From positions 70,496,001 to 70,560,000 of the forward strand of contig OZ076409.1 of the NCBI GenBank assembly GCA_964187785.1: a DNA stretch of 64,000 nucleotides, given 5' to 3'. A program made the translations under genes and the position numbers. This document shows, one piece after another, positions 34,790-48,622 of this stretch (within the stretch, counting starts at the first letter, position 1; each line of letters begins with the position of its first letter). The notes beneath the pieces are model-generated. The model had not been told where the DNA came from. It did not search any database and was given only the letters and a program-made list of their open reading frames with translations. This DNA is from Amphiscolops sp. MND2022. Taxonomy: Eukaryota.

Positions 34790-37700
34790 GTGCGGGGGGG
34801 AAACCCCAACAAATATATTGGAGGATTCGGGTAGGGTCCTGAATCCGATTTTAACTCTAATAGCTATCGATAGGAAATCTTGCAAAAATTTCGGGATCTC
34901 GTGATCTAACCATAGGATTTTAAAGTTGGAGCGGCCCCCACCAGATTTTCCGAAAATTAGCGCCCCCCACCGGGTTCCATACCCCGGGAAATTTTTTTCT
35001 GGCCACACGGGCGACCGTTAGGGGGTCATTTTAGGGGTAAAATTCATATTGGGCCACATAACTTTTTTTCTGTTGATTTAAAACTTTGGAACCCTGCTAA
35101 AAGTTTCTTGACCGTGTTGCAGGGGCCCCGAAGGTCCAAACCAAATTTTTCTATCTTGAAGCTATCTCCAAGTACCCCCCCGCTCAAACCGTTATTTTTC
35201 CGGAAACGCAGGTTTTTGACCCGGAAGGAGTCGTCTGAGCGCGGGGTCGTTAGGTGATGTATTGGGGACGGCCTTGAGACGAAGTGGGGGACAAGTAGTT
35301 TGCCAACCTCAATTTACCCCCCGGACGGGAAATGACCGTTATATGAGCGTGAAAAATGCCCCCCTCCACGTTTTACCGCTATTTCCGGTGTGAAGGAGTG
35401 GGAGTAGCGCGTCGGGTGTTATATAACAAAAGTAGGTTTAGACAAGGACCTATCGGAAACATGTAGTTTGGGACCCCCTGGACCAACCCGTTAGCGGGAA
35501 ATGGGGCTTCCGCCTCCTTTTTTTAGTGCTAAAACCGTAAAATGGGCATTGAGGGGTAAATATCTCGTGAACGCGTGGAGCAATCGTGTCCATCACTACT
35601 ACAAGGTTTCATACCCATGATATGGTGCCTTCAGGGGGGCAAACAGATTTCCGCTATCTATCACCGTTACCGACTTGCCCCCCAGCCTAACCGCTATGTG
35701 ACCGGAAATGTCACTTTTTGAGCCCAAAGGGTCGGTCCCAGCTGGGGAACGTTAGGTAACTTATTGTAGTACTCAATGAGACGAGTTGGGGGATATAGTT
35801 TCAGTCACCCCCCGTTACCCCTTGGGACCGGAAATGACCGTTATGTGGGTAAAATTGCAATTTTTATACCTTTTCAAGTGTATTTAGGTGCGGAAGGAGT
35901 GGTAATAGGTGCTTGGACACTATATGAGGTAAGGGAGGACGTGAGGCGAGCATTCGGAAATAACCGTTATGTTGACCCTAAAGTCCCCCTGGTACCGTAA
36001 ACGACCGGAAATGGTCAAATTTTGTGTCTATTGGGTACAAATGTTTTGTATTTTGTAGGTAAAAGTATCTATTAGGTGTTTCGACGGTCTACAGTAGTGA
36101 ACATAGTCGTGAAACCTTGTGGGGGGTAACGGTATATAGCACCGGAAGTCAAACCGTTGGAGACAGGATAGGTTTTTTGGTTTTAAAATGTCTTTCGGCG
36201 TAATTTTTTCGACTCTTGTGGACTATTTTTAAAAATTAAAGTTTTTCCATATAGTTTCAGAGACTCCGAAACCTCAACCAACATAACCGTTACCTTATGA
36301 TAGCCTTTCAAGTTGGCCTGGTGTCAACTTGGAAGCGCTATCCTTCTGAAATCGTTAATCAAGAGTGTTTTTGGGTAGGTATATATTGCATTAGTACCAA
36401 TTAGAGCTTCATCAACAGTGTATCAACGACAAAAACTATGCCGTCATGATTCCGTTATTAGAATCATAGTGAGCAAATTGTTGAAAAAAATGGTTTTTTC
36501 CATACAAAATGTGTCCTAAATGCCAGGAAACCTATTTACCTAACAAATGGTATTAATTGGAATGTTTGTAACAGATTTATAAAAGTTCAAATTGAATATT
36601 ACATTTCATTATGGAAGCTGAAACGTCATATTTTAGTTTAATTAACGTCAACGCCACACACTTTACATCAACGCACACCGTCTGTGGGCATGCCGAGGCA
36701 TGCCCTTCGACGACGTATGACAAATCCTTATCAAACGACGCCCGTATATCCCGGGCTAGGTGCGGGGGGGTAACCCCAACAAAGATATTGGAGGATTCGG
36801 GTAGGGTCCTGAATCCGATCTTAGTACCGTCAGCTATCAGTAGAAAATTTCCCTCAAAAACCGGGATCTCGGGAACTAACCGTAGGATTTGAAAGTTGGA
36901 GCGGCCCCCACCAGATTTTCCCGAATAGATCGCCCCCCACCGGGCTCCATACCCCGGAAAATTTTTTTTTGGCCACACGGGCGACAGTTAGGGGGTCATT
37001 TTAGGGGTAAAATTCATATTGGTCCATATAACTTTTTTGCTGTTGGTTTAAAAGTTTGGGAACCCTTCTAAAGGTTTTTCGACCATGTTGCAAGGGCTCC
37101 GGAGGTGCAAACCAAATTTTTCTATCTTGAAGCTATCTCCAAGTACCCCCCCGCTCAAACCGTTATTTTTCCGGAAACGCAGGTTTTTGACCCGGAAGGA
37201 GTCGTCTGAGCGCGGGGTCGTTAGGTGATGTTTTGGGGACGGCCTTGAGACAAAGTGGGGGACAAGTAGTTTGCCAACCTCAATTTACCCCCCGGACGGG
37301 AAATGACCGTTATATGAGCGTGAAAAATGCCCCCCTCCACGTTTTACCGCTATTTCCGGTGTGAAGGTGTGGGAGTAGCGCGTCGGGTGCCATATATCAA
37401 AAGTAGGTTTAGACAAGGATCTATCAAAAACATGTGGTTTGGGACCCCCTGACCCAACCCGTTAGCGGGAAATGGGGCTTCCGCCTCCTTTTTTTTCGGT
37501 TAAAAACGGAAAATGGGCATTGAGGGGTAAATATCTCGTGAACGCGTGGAGCTACGGTGTCCTTCACTACTACAAGGTTTCATACCCATGATATGGTGCC
37601 TTCAGGGGGGCAAACAGATTTCCGCTATCTATCACCGTTACGGACTTGGCCCCCCAGCCTAACCGCTATGTGACCGGAAATGTCACTTTTTGAGCCCAAA

Positions 37701-40700
37701 GGGTCGGTCCCAGCCAGGGAACGTTAGATAACTTTTTGTAGTACTCATTGAGACGAGTTGGGGGACATAGTTTCAGTCACCCCCCGTTACCCCTTGTGAC
37801 CGGAAATGACCGTTATGTGGGTAAAATTGGGATTTTTGTACTTTTTGAAGGGCAATTAGGTGCGGAAGGAGTGGTAATAGGTGCTTGGACACTATATGAT
37901 GGAATGGAGGACGTGAGGCGAACATTCAGACATAACCGTTATGTTGACCCTAAAGTCCCCCTGGTACCGTAAACGACCGGAAATGGTCAAATTTTGTGTC
38001 TATTGGGTACAAATGTTTGGTATTTAGTAAATAAAAGTATCTATTAGGTGCTTCGACGGTCTGCAGTAGTGAACATAGTCATGAAACCTTGTGGGGGGTA
38101 ACGGTATATAGCACCGGAAGTCCAAAACGTTAGAGACGGGATAGGTTTTTCCGTTTTAAAATGTCTTTCGGCGTACTTTTGTCAACTAATATGGAATATT
38201 TTTTAAAATTAAAGTTTTTCCATATAGTTTCAGAGACTCCCAAACCTCAAACAACATAACCGTTACCTTATGATAGCCTTTCAAGTTGGCCTGGTGTCAA
38301 CTTGGAAGGGCTATCCTTCAAAAATCGTTGATCAAGTGTGTTTTTGGGTATGGTTGAATCAATTTAGAATCAATTAGAGCTTCAAGAAATGTTTGCCAAC
38401 GACAAAAACTATGTCGTGATGATTCCGTTATTAGAGTAATAGTTAACAAAATATTGATTAAGTTGACTTTTTACATTTCAAAAGTGTCCTAAAAGCCAGA
38501 AAACCTCTTTACCAAACAAATGGTATTGATTGGATTGTATATAACAGGTAATAAAAGTTCAAATTGATTATTACGTTTTATTATGTAAGCTGAAACGTCA
38601 TATTATAGTTTAATTAACGTCAACGCCACATACTTTACACCAACGCCCACCGTCTGTGGGCATGCCGAGGCATGCCCTTCGACGACGTATACCAAATACA
38701 TTTCATATCTACACCCACCCGCGGTAGCAGCTAGGTGCGGGGGGGAAACCCCAACAAAGATATTGGAGGATTCGGGTAGGGTCCTGAATCCGATCTTAGT
38801 ACCGCCAGCTATCAGTAGAAAATTTCCCTCAAAAACCGGGATCTCGGGAACTAACCGTAGGATTTGAAAGTTGGAGCGGCCCCCACCAGATTTTCCCGAA
38901 TAGATCGCCCCCCACCGGGCTCCATACCCCGGAAAATTTTTTTTTGGCCACAAGGGCGACAGTTAGGGGGTCATTTTAGGGGTAAAATTCATATTGGTCC
39001 ATATAACTTTTTTCCTGTTGGTTTAAAAGTTTGGGAACCCTTCTAAAGGTTTTTCGACCATGTTGCAAGGGCTCCGGAGGTGCAAACCAAATTTTTCTAT
39101 CTTGAAGCTATCTCCAAGTACCCCCCCGCTCAAACCGTTATTTTTCCGGAAACGCAGGTTTTTGACCCGGAAGGAGTCGTCTGAGCGCGGGGTCGTTAGG
39201 TGATGTTTTGGGGACGGCCTTGAGACAAAGTGGGGGACAAGTAGTTTGCCAACCTCAATTTACCCACCGGACGGGAAATGACCGTTATATGAGCGTGAAA
39301 AATGCCCCCCTCCACGTTTTACCGCTATTTCCGGTGTGAAGGTGTGGGAGTAGCGCGTCGGGTGCCATATATCAAAAGTAGGTTTAGACAAGGATCTATC
39401 AAAAACATGTGGTTTGGGACCCCCTGACCCAACCCGTTAGCGGGAAATGGGGCTTCCGCCTCCTTTTTTTTCGGTTAAAAACGGAAAATGGGCATTGAGG
39501 AGTAAATATCTCGTGAACGCGTGGAGCTACGGTGTCCTTCACTACTACAAGGTTTCATACCCATGATATGGTGCCTTCAGGGGGGCAAACAGATTTCCGC
39601 TATCTATCAGCGTTACGGACTTGGCCCCCCAGCCTAACCGCTATGTGACCGGAAATGTCACTTTTTGAGCCCAAAGGGTCGGTCCCAGCCAGGGAACGTT
39701 AGATAACTTTTTGTAGTACTCATTGAGACGAGTTGGGGGACATAGTTTCAGTCACCCCCCGTTACCCCTTGTGACCGGAAATGACCGTTATGTGGGTAAA
39801 ATTGGGATTTTTGTACTTTTTGAAGGGCAATTAGGTGCGGAAGGAGTGGTAATAGGTGCTTGCACACTATATGATGGAATGGAGGACGTGAGGCGAACAT
39901 TCAGACATAACCGTTATGTTGACCCTAAAGTCCCCCTGGTACCGTAAACGACCGGAAATGGTCAAATTTTGTGTCTATTGGGTACAAATGTTTGGTATTT
40001 TGTAAATAAAAGTATCTATTAGGTGTTTCGACGGTCTGCAGTAGTGAACATAGTCATGAAACCTTGTGGGGGGTAACGGTATATAGCACCGGAAGTCCAA
40101 AACGTTAGAGACGGGATAGGTTTTTCCGTTTTAAAATGTCTTTCGGCGTACTTTTGTCAACTAATATGGAATATTTTTTAAAATTAAAGTTTTTCCATAT
40201 AGTTTCAGAGACTCCCAAACCTCAACCAACATAACCGTTACTTTATGATAGCCTTTCAAGTTGGCCTGGTGTCAACTTGGAAGGGCTATCCTTCAAAAAT
40301 CATTAATCAAGTGTGTTTTTGAGTATGTTTGTATTACTTTAGAATCAATTAGAGCTTCAAGAAAAGTTTGCCAACGGCAAAAACTATGTCGTGATGATTC
40401 CGTTATTAGAATAATAGTTAACAAAATGTTGATAAAGTTGATTTTTTACACTTAAAATATGTCCTAAATGCCAGAAAACCTCTTTACCAAACAAATGGTA
40501 TTGATTGGATTGTATATAGCAGCTAATAAAAGTTCAAATTGAGTATTACGTTTCATTATGCAAGCTGAAACGTCAAATTATAGTTTAATTAACGTCAACG
40601 CCACATACTTTACATCAACGCCCACCGTCCGTAGGCATGCCGAGGCATGCCTTTCGACGACGTATACCAAATTCCTTTAACACAACACCCCCGAGCGCGG

Positions 40701-43700
40701 TAGCAGCTAGGTGCGGGGGGGTAACCCCAACAAATATATTGGAGGATTCGGGTAGGGTCCTGAATCCGATTTTAACTCTAATAGCTATCGATAGGAAATC
40801 TTGCAAAAATTTCGGGATCTCGTGATCTAACCATACGATTTTAAAGTTGGAGCGGCCCCCACCAGATTTTCCGAAAATTAGCGCCCCCCACCGGGTTCCA
40901 TACCCCGGAAAATTTTTTTCTGGCCACACGGGCGACCGTTAGGGGGTCATTTTAGGGGTAAAATTCATATTGATCCATATAACTTTTTTCCTGTTGATTT
41001 AAAAGTTTGGGAACCCTACTAAAGGTTTTTTGACCATGTTGCAAGGGCTCCGGAGGTGCAAACCAAATTTTTCTATCTTGAAGCTATCTCCAAGTACCCC
41101 CCCGCTCAAACCGTTATTTTTCCGGAAACGCCGGTTTTTGACCCGGAAGGAGTCGTCTGAGCGCGGGGTCGTTAGGTGATGTATTGGGGACGGCCTTGAG
41201 ACGAAGTGGGGGACAAGTAGTTTGCCAACCTCAATTTACCCCCCGGACGGGAAATGACCGTTATATGAGCGTGAAAAATGCCCCCCTCCACGTTTTACCG
41301 CTATTTCCGGTGTGAAGGAATGGGAGTAGCGCGTCGGGTGCTATATATCAAAAGTAGGTTTAGACAAGGATCTATCAAAAACATGTGGTTTGGGACCCCC
41401 TGACCCAACCCGTTAGCGGGAAATGGGGCTTCCGCCTCCTTTTTTTACGGTTAAAACCGGAAAATGGACATTGAGGGGTAAATATCTCGTGAACGCGTGG
41501 AGCTACGGTGTCCATCACTACTACAAGGTTTCATACCCATGACATGGTGCCTTCAGGGGGGCAAACAGATTTCCGCTATCTATCACCGTTACGGACTTGG
41601 CCCCCCAGCCTAACCGCTATGTGACCGGAAATGTCACTTTTTAAGCCCAAAGGGTCGGTCCTAGCCGGGGAACGTTAGGTAACTTATTGTAGTACTCAAT
41701 GAGACGAGTTGGGGGATATAGTTTCAGTCACCCCCCGTTACCCCTTGTGACCGGAAATGACCGTTATGTGGGTAAATTTGCAATTTTTATACTCTTTGAA
41801 GTGCATTTATTTGCGGAAGGAGTGGTAATAGGTGCTTGGACACTATATGAGGTAAGGGAGGACGTGAGGCGAGCATTCGAAAATAACCGTTATGTTGACC
41901 CCAAAGTCCCCCTGGTACCGGAAGTGACCGGAAATTGTCAAATTTTGTGTTTTTAGGGTACAAATGTTTAGTGTTTTATGGATTAAAGTACAGGTTAGGT
42001 GTTTTCACGGTCTGCAGTAGTGAACATAGTCATGAAACATTGTGGAGGGTTACGGTATATAGCACCGGAAGACAAAAACGTTGGAGACATGTTAGGTTTT
42101 TTGGTTTTAAAATGTCTTTCGGCGTACTTTTGTCCACTATTATGAACTATTTTTGAAAATTAAAGTTTTTCCATATAGTTTCAGAGACTCCCAAACCTCA
42201 ACCAACATAACCGTTACATTTTGATAGCCTTTCAAGTTGGCCTGGTGTCAACTTGGAAGGGCTATCCTTCAAAATTCGTTAATCAAATGTGTTTTTGGGT
42301 ATGTTTGTATCATTTTAGAATCAATTAGATCTTCAAGAAAAGTTTGCCAACGACAAAAACTATGTCGTGATGATTCCCTTATTAGAATAAAAGTTAGCAA
42401 ATTGTTAAACAAACTGATTTTTTTCCATTTAAAATGAGTCCTAAATGCCAGGAAACCTATTCACTTAAAAAATGGTATTGATTGGAATGTATGTAACAGA
42501 TTTATAAAAGTTCATATTGATTATTACGTTTCATTATGGAAACTGAAACGTAATATTTTAGTTTAATTAACATCAACGCCACACACTTTACATCAACGCC
42601 CACCGTCTGTGGGCATGCCGAGGCATGCCCTTCGACGACATATACCAAATACATACCTAACGACGCCCGTACATCCCGGGCTAGGTGCGGGGGGGAAACC
42701 CCAACAAAATTTTTGGAGGATTCGGGTAGGGTCCTGCATCCGATTTCAACTCTAATAGCTATCGATAGGAAATCTTGCAAAAATTTCGGGATCTCGTGAT
42801 CTAACCATAGGATTGTAAAGTTGGAGCGGCCCCCACCAGATTTTCCAAAATTGATCGCCCCCCACCGGGTTCCATACCCCGGAAAATTTTTTTCTGGCCA
42901 CACGGGCGACCGTTAGGGGGTCATTTTAGGGGTAAAATTCATATTGGGCCACATAACTTTTTTTCTGTTGATTTAAAACTTTGGGACCCTGCTAAAAGTT
43001 TCTTGACCGTGTTGCAGTGGCTCCGGAGGTCCAAACCAAATTTTTCGATCTTGAAGCTATCTCCAAGTACCCCCCTGCTCAAACCGTTATTTTCCCGGAA
43101 ACGAAGGTTTTTGACCCGGAAGGAGTCGTCTGAGCGCGGGGTCGTTAGGTGATGTTTTGGGGACGGCCTTGAGACGAAGTGGGGGACATGTAGTTTGCCA
43201 ACCTCAGTTTACCCCCCCGACGGGAAATGACCGTTATATGAGCGGCAAAAATGTCCCCCTCCACGTTTTACCGCTATTTCCGGTGTGAAGGAGTGGGAGT
43301 AGCGCGTCGGGTGCCATATATCAAAAGTAGGTTTAGACAAGGATCTATCGGAAACATGTGGTTTGGGACCCCCTGGACCAACCCGTTAGCAGGAAATGGG
43401 GCTTCCGGCCCGTTTTTTTACGGTTAAAAACGGAAAATGGGCATTGAGGGGTAAATATCTCGTGAACGTGTGGAGCTACGGTGTCCTTCACTACTACAAG
43501 GTTTCATACCCATGATATGGTGCCTTCAGGGGGGCAAACAGATTTCCGCTATCTATCACCGTTACGGACTTGGCCCCCCAGCCTAACCGCTAAGTGACCG
43601 GAAATGTCACTTTTTGAGCCCAAAGGGTCGGTCCCAGCCAGGGAACGTTAGGTAACTTATTGTAGTACTCATTGAGATGAGTTGGGGGACATAGTTTCAG

Positions 43701-46700
43701 TCACCCCCCGTTACCCCTTAAGACCGGAAATGACCGTTATGTGAGTAAATTTGCCGTTTTTGTCCTATTTGAAGGGCATTTAGATGCGGAAGGAGTGGTA
43801 ATAGGTGCTTGGACACTATATGAGGTAAGGGAGGATATGAGGCGAGCATTCGGAAATAACCGTTATGTTGACCCCAAAGTCCCCCTGGTACCGTAAACGA
43901 CCGGAAATGGTCAAATTTTCTGTTTATATGGTACAAATGTTTGGTATTTTGTAGATAAAAGTATCTATTAGGTGTTTCGACGGTCTGCAGTAGTGAACAT
44001 AGTCATGAAACCTTGTGGGGGGTAACGGTATATAGCACCGGAAGTCCAAACCGTTGGAGACAGGATAGGTTTTTTGGTTTTAAAATGTCTTTCGGCGTAC
44101 TTTTGTCGACTATTAAGGACTACTTTTAAAAATTAAAGTTTTTCCATATAGTTTTAGAGACTCCGAAACCTCAACCAACATAACCGTTACCTCATGATAG
44201 CCTTTCAAGTTGGCCTGGTGTCAACTTGGAAGGGCTATCCTTCAAAAATCGTCAATCAAGTGTGTTTTTGGGTATGTTTGTATCATTTTAGAATCCAATA
44301 GAGCTTCAAGAAAAGTTTGCCAACGACAAAAACGATGTCGTGATGATTCCGTTATTAGAATAATAGTTAGCAAATTGTTGAGAAAATTGATTTTTTCCAT
44401 ATAAAATGTGTCCTAATTGCCAGGAAACCTATTTAACTAACAAATGGTATTGATTGGAATGTATGTAACAGAGTTATAAAAGTTCAAATTGATTATTACG
44501 TTTCATTATGGAAGCTGAAACGTAATATTTTAGTTTAATTAACGTCAACGCCACACACTTTACATCAACGCCCACCGTCTGTGGGCATGCCGAGGCATGC
44601 CCTTCGACGACGTATGGCAAATCCCTTCTAACGACGCCCGTACATCCCGGGCTAGGTGCGGGGGGGAAACCCCAACAAAATTTTTGGAGGATTCGGGTAG
44701 GGTCCTGAATCCGAGTTCAGTGCTGCCAGCTTTCGTTAAGAAAATTTGGATAGGATTCGGGATCTCGTGATCTAACCATAGGATTTTAAAGTTGGAGCGG
44801 CCCCCACCAGATTTTCCGAAAATTAGCGCCCCCCACCGGGTTCCATACCCCGGAAAATTTTTTTCTGGCCACACGGGCGACCGTTAGGGGGTCATTTTAG
44901 GGGTAAAATTCATATTGGGCCACATAACTTTTTTTCTGTTGATTTAAAACTTTGGGACCCTGCTAAAAGTTTCTTGACCGTGTTGCAGGGGCCCCGGAGG
45001 TCCAAACCAAATTTTTCTATCTTGAAGCTATCTCCAAGTACCCCCCCGCCCAAAACGTTATTTTTCCGGAAACGCAGGTTTTTGACCCGGAAGGAGTCGT
45101 CGGAGCGCGGGGTCGTTAGGTGATGTATTGGGGACGGCCTTGAGACGAAGTGGGGGACATGCAGTTTGCCAACCCCAGTTTACCCCCCGGACGGGAAATG
45201 ACCGTTATATGAGCGGGAAAAATGCCCCCCTCCACGTTTTACCGCTATTTCCGGTGTGAAGGAGTGGGAGTAGCGCGTCGGGTGCCATATATCAAAAGTA
45301 GGTTTAAACAAGGAACTATCGGAAACATGTGGTTTGGGACCCCCTGGACCAACCCGTTAGCGGGAAATGGGACTTCCGCCTCCTTTTTTTACGGTTAAAA
45401 ACGGAAAATGGGCATTGAGGGGTAAATATCTCGTGAACGCGTGGAGCTACGGTGTCCTTCACTACTACAAGGTTTCATACCCATGATATGGTGCCTTCAG
45501 GGGGGCAAACAGATTTCCGCTATCTATCACCGTTACGGACTTGGCCCCCCAGCCTAACCGTTAAGTGACCGGAAATGTCATATTTTGAACCCAAAGGGTC
45601 GATCCTAGCCGGGCAACGTTAGGTAACAAATTGTAGTACTCATTGAGACGAGTTGGGGGATCTAGTTTCAGTCACCCCCCGTTACCCCTTGAGACCGGAA
45701 ATGACCGTTATGTGAGTAGAATTGCAATTTTTATACCTTTTGAAGGGCATTTAGGTGCGGAAGGAATGGTAATAGGTGCTTGGACACTATATGATGTAAT
45801 GGAGGTCGTGAGGAGAGCATTCGGAAGTAACCGTTACGTTGACCCCAAAGTCCCCCTGGTACCGTTAACAACCGGAAATGGCCAAATTTTGTGTTTATAG
45901 GGTACAAATGTTTGGTATTTTATGGATAAAAGTACCTGGAAGGTGTTTTAAAGGCCTCCAGAAGTGAACATAGTCATGAAACTTTGTGGGGGGTAACGGT
46001 ATATAGCACCGGAAGTCCAAACCGTTAGTTACAGAATAGGTTTTTTGGTTTCAAAATGTCTTTAGGCGTAGTTTTGTGGGTTGAATCGTCATAATATCAA
46101 CTAATACGGACTTTTTTCGGAAATAAAATTTTTTCACATTAGTTTCAGGGACCTCCAATGTTTCAGTCAACATAACCGTTACATTTTGATAGCCTTTCAA
46201 GTTGGCCTGGTGTCAACTTGGAAGGGCTATCCTTCTAAAATCGTTAATCAAGAGTGTTTTCGGGTAGGTGTATGTTGCATTAGTACCAATTAGAGCTTCA
46301 TCAACAGTTTGCCAACGGCAAAAACGATGTCGTGATAATTCCGTTATAACAATATTAATTAACAAATTGTTTCCAAAGTTGATTTTTTTCCATTCGAAAT
46401 GTGTCCCAATGCCACCAAATTGAATAAAATAATAAATGGTATTGACTAAAACTAAATAACATTGAAAAAGAAGCTCAACATTTTTAATAGGTCTCATTAT
46501 GGAAGCTGAAACCTCACGTTTTAACTTAATTAACGTCAACGCCACATACTTTACATCAACGCCCACCGTCTGTGGGCATGCCGAGGCATGCCCTTCGACG
46601 ACGTATACCAAATACATATATATCTACACCCACCCGCGGTAGCAGCTAGGTGCGGGGGGGTAACCCCAACAAATATATTGGAGGATTCGGGTAGGGTCCT

Positions 46701-48622
46701 GAATCCGATTTTAACTCTAATAGCTATCGATAGGAAATCTTGCAAAAATTTCGGGATCTCGTGATCTAACCATAGGATTTTAAAGTTGGAGCGGCCCCCA
46801 CCAGATTTTCCAAAATTATTCGCCCCCCACCGGGTTCCAGCGTGATTGAAATATTTTGTCGGGGTACACGGGCGACCGTTAGGGGTCATTTTGGGGGTAA
46901 AATTTATATAATGTCGCATAACTTTTTTCCTGTTGGATTAAAACTTTGGGACCCTGCTAAAAGTTTCTTGACCGTGTTGCGGGGGCTCCGGAGGTCCAAA
47001 CCAAATTTTTCTATCTTGAAGCTATCTCCAAGTACCCCCCCGCCCAAACCGTTATTTTTCCGGAAACGCAGGTTTTTGACCCGGAAGGAGTCGTCTGAGC
47101 GCGGGGTCGTTAGGTGATGTATTGGGGACGGCTTCGAGACGAAGCGGGGGACGTGTAGTTTGCCGACCCCAGTTTACCCCCCGGACGGGAAATGACCGTT
47201 ATTTGAGCGGGAAAAATGTCCCCCTCCACGTTTTACCGCTATTTCCGGTGTGAAGGAGTGGGAGTAGCGCGTCGGGTGTTATATAACAAAAGTAGGTTTA
47301 GACAAGGACCTATCGGAAACATGTAGTTTGGGACCCTCTGGACCAACCCGTTAGCGGGAAATGGCGCTTCCGCTTCCTTTTTTTACTGCTAAAACCGTAA
47401 AATGGGCATTGAGGGGTAAATATCTCGTGAACGCGTGGAGCAATCGTGTCCATCACTACTACAAGGTTTCATACCCATGATATGGTGCCTTCAGGGGGGC
47501 AAACAGATTTCCGCTATCTATCACCGTTACCGACTTGGCCCCCCAGCCTAACCGCTATGTGACCGGAAATGTCACTTTTTGAGCCCAAAGGGTCGGTCCC
47601 AGCCGGGGAACGTTAGGTAACTTATTGTAGTACTCAATGAGACGAGTTGGGGGATATAGTTTCAGTCACCCCCCGTTACCCCTTGGGACCGGAAATGACC
47701 GTTATGTGGGTAAAATTGCAATTTTTATACTTTTTCAAGTGTATTTAGGTGCGGAAGGAGTGGTAATAGGTGCTTGGACACTATATGAGGTAAGGGAGGA
47801 CGTGAGGCGAGCATTCGGAAATAACCGCTATGTTGACCCTAAAGTCCCCCTGGTACCGTAAACGACCGGAAATGGTCAAATTTTGTGTCTATTGGGTACA
47901 AATGTTTAGTATTTTGTAGATAAAAGTATCTATTAGGTGTTTCGACGGCCTGCAATAGTGAACATAGTCATGAAACCTTGTGGGGGGTAACGGGGTATAT
48001 AGCACCGGAAGTCCAAACCGTTGGACACAGGATAGGTTTTTGGTTTGAAAATGTCTTTCGGCGTACTTTTGTCGACTATTATGGACTATTATTAAAAATT
48101 AAAGTTTTTCCATATAGTTTCAGAGACTCCGAAATCTCAACCAACATAACCGTTACACTTTGATAGCCTTTCAAGTTGGCCTGGTGTCAACTTGGAAGCG
48201 CTATCCTTCTGAAATCGTTAATCAATAGTGTTTTTGGGTAGGTATATATTGCATTAGTACCAATTAGAGCTTCATCAACAGTGTATCAACGACAAAAACT
48301 ATGCCGTCATGATTCCGTTATTAGAATCATAGTGAGCAAATAGTTGAAAAAAATGGTTTTTTCCATACAAAATGTGTCCTAAATGCCAGGAAACCTATTT
48401 ACCTAACAAATGGTATTAATTGGAATGTATGTAACAGATTTATAAAAGTTCAAATTGAATATTACATTTCATTATGGAAGCTGAAACGTTATATTTTAGT
48501 TTGATTAACGTCCACGCCACATACTTTACATCAACGCCCACCGTCTGTGGGCATGCCGAGGCATGCCCTTCGACGACATATACCAAATACATACCTAACG
48601 ACGCCCGTACATCCCGGGCTAG
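34790..48622 (+). mobile_element. Seven A-family units (1970, 1975, 1976, 1974, 1971, 1994, 1973 bp)
   Basis: Collinear A units. Those at 36760 and 38735 share a distinctive 5' variant (GATCTTAGTACCG...CCCTCAAAAACCGGG). Confidence 0.7.
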
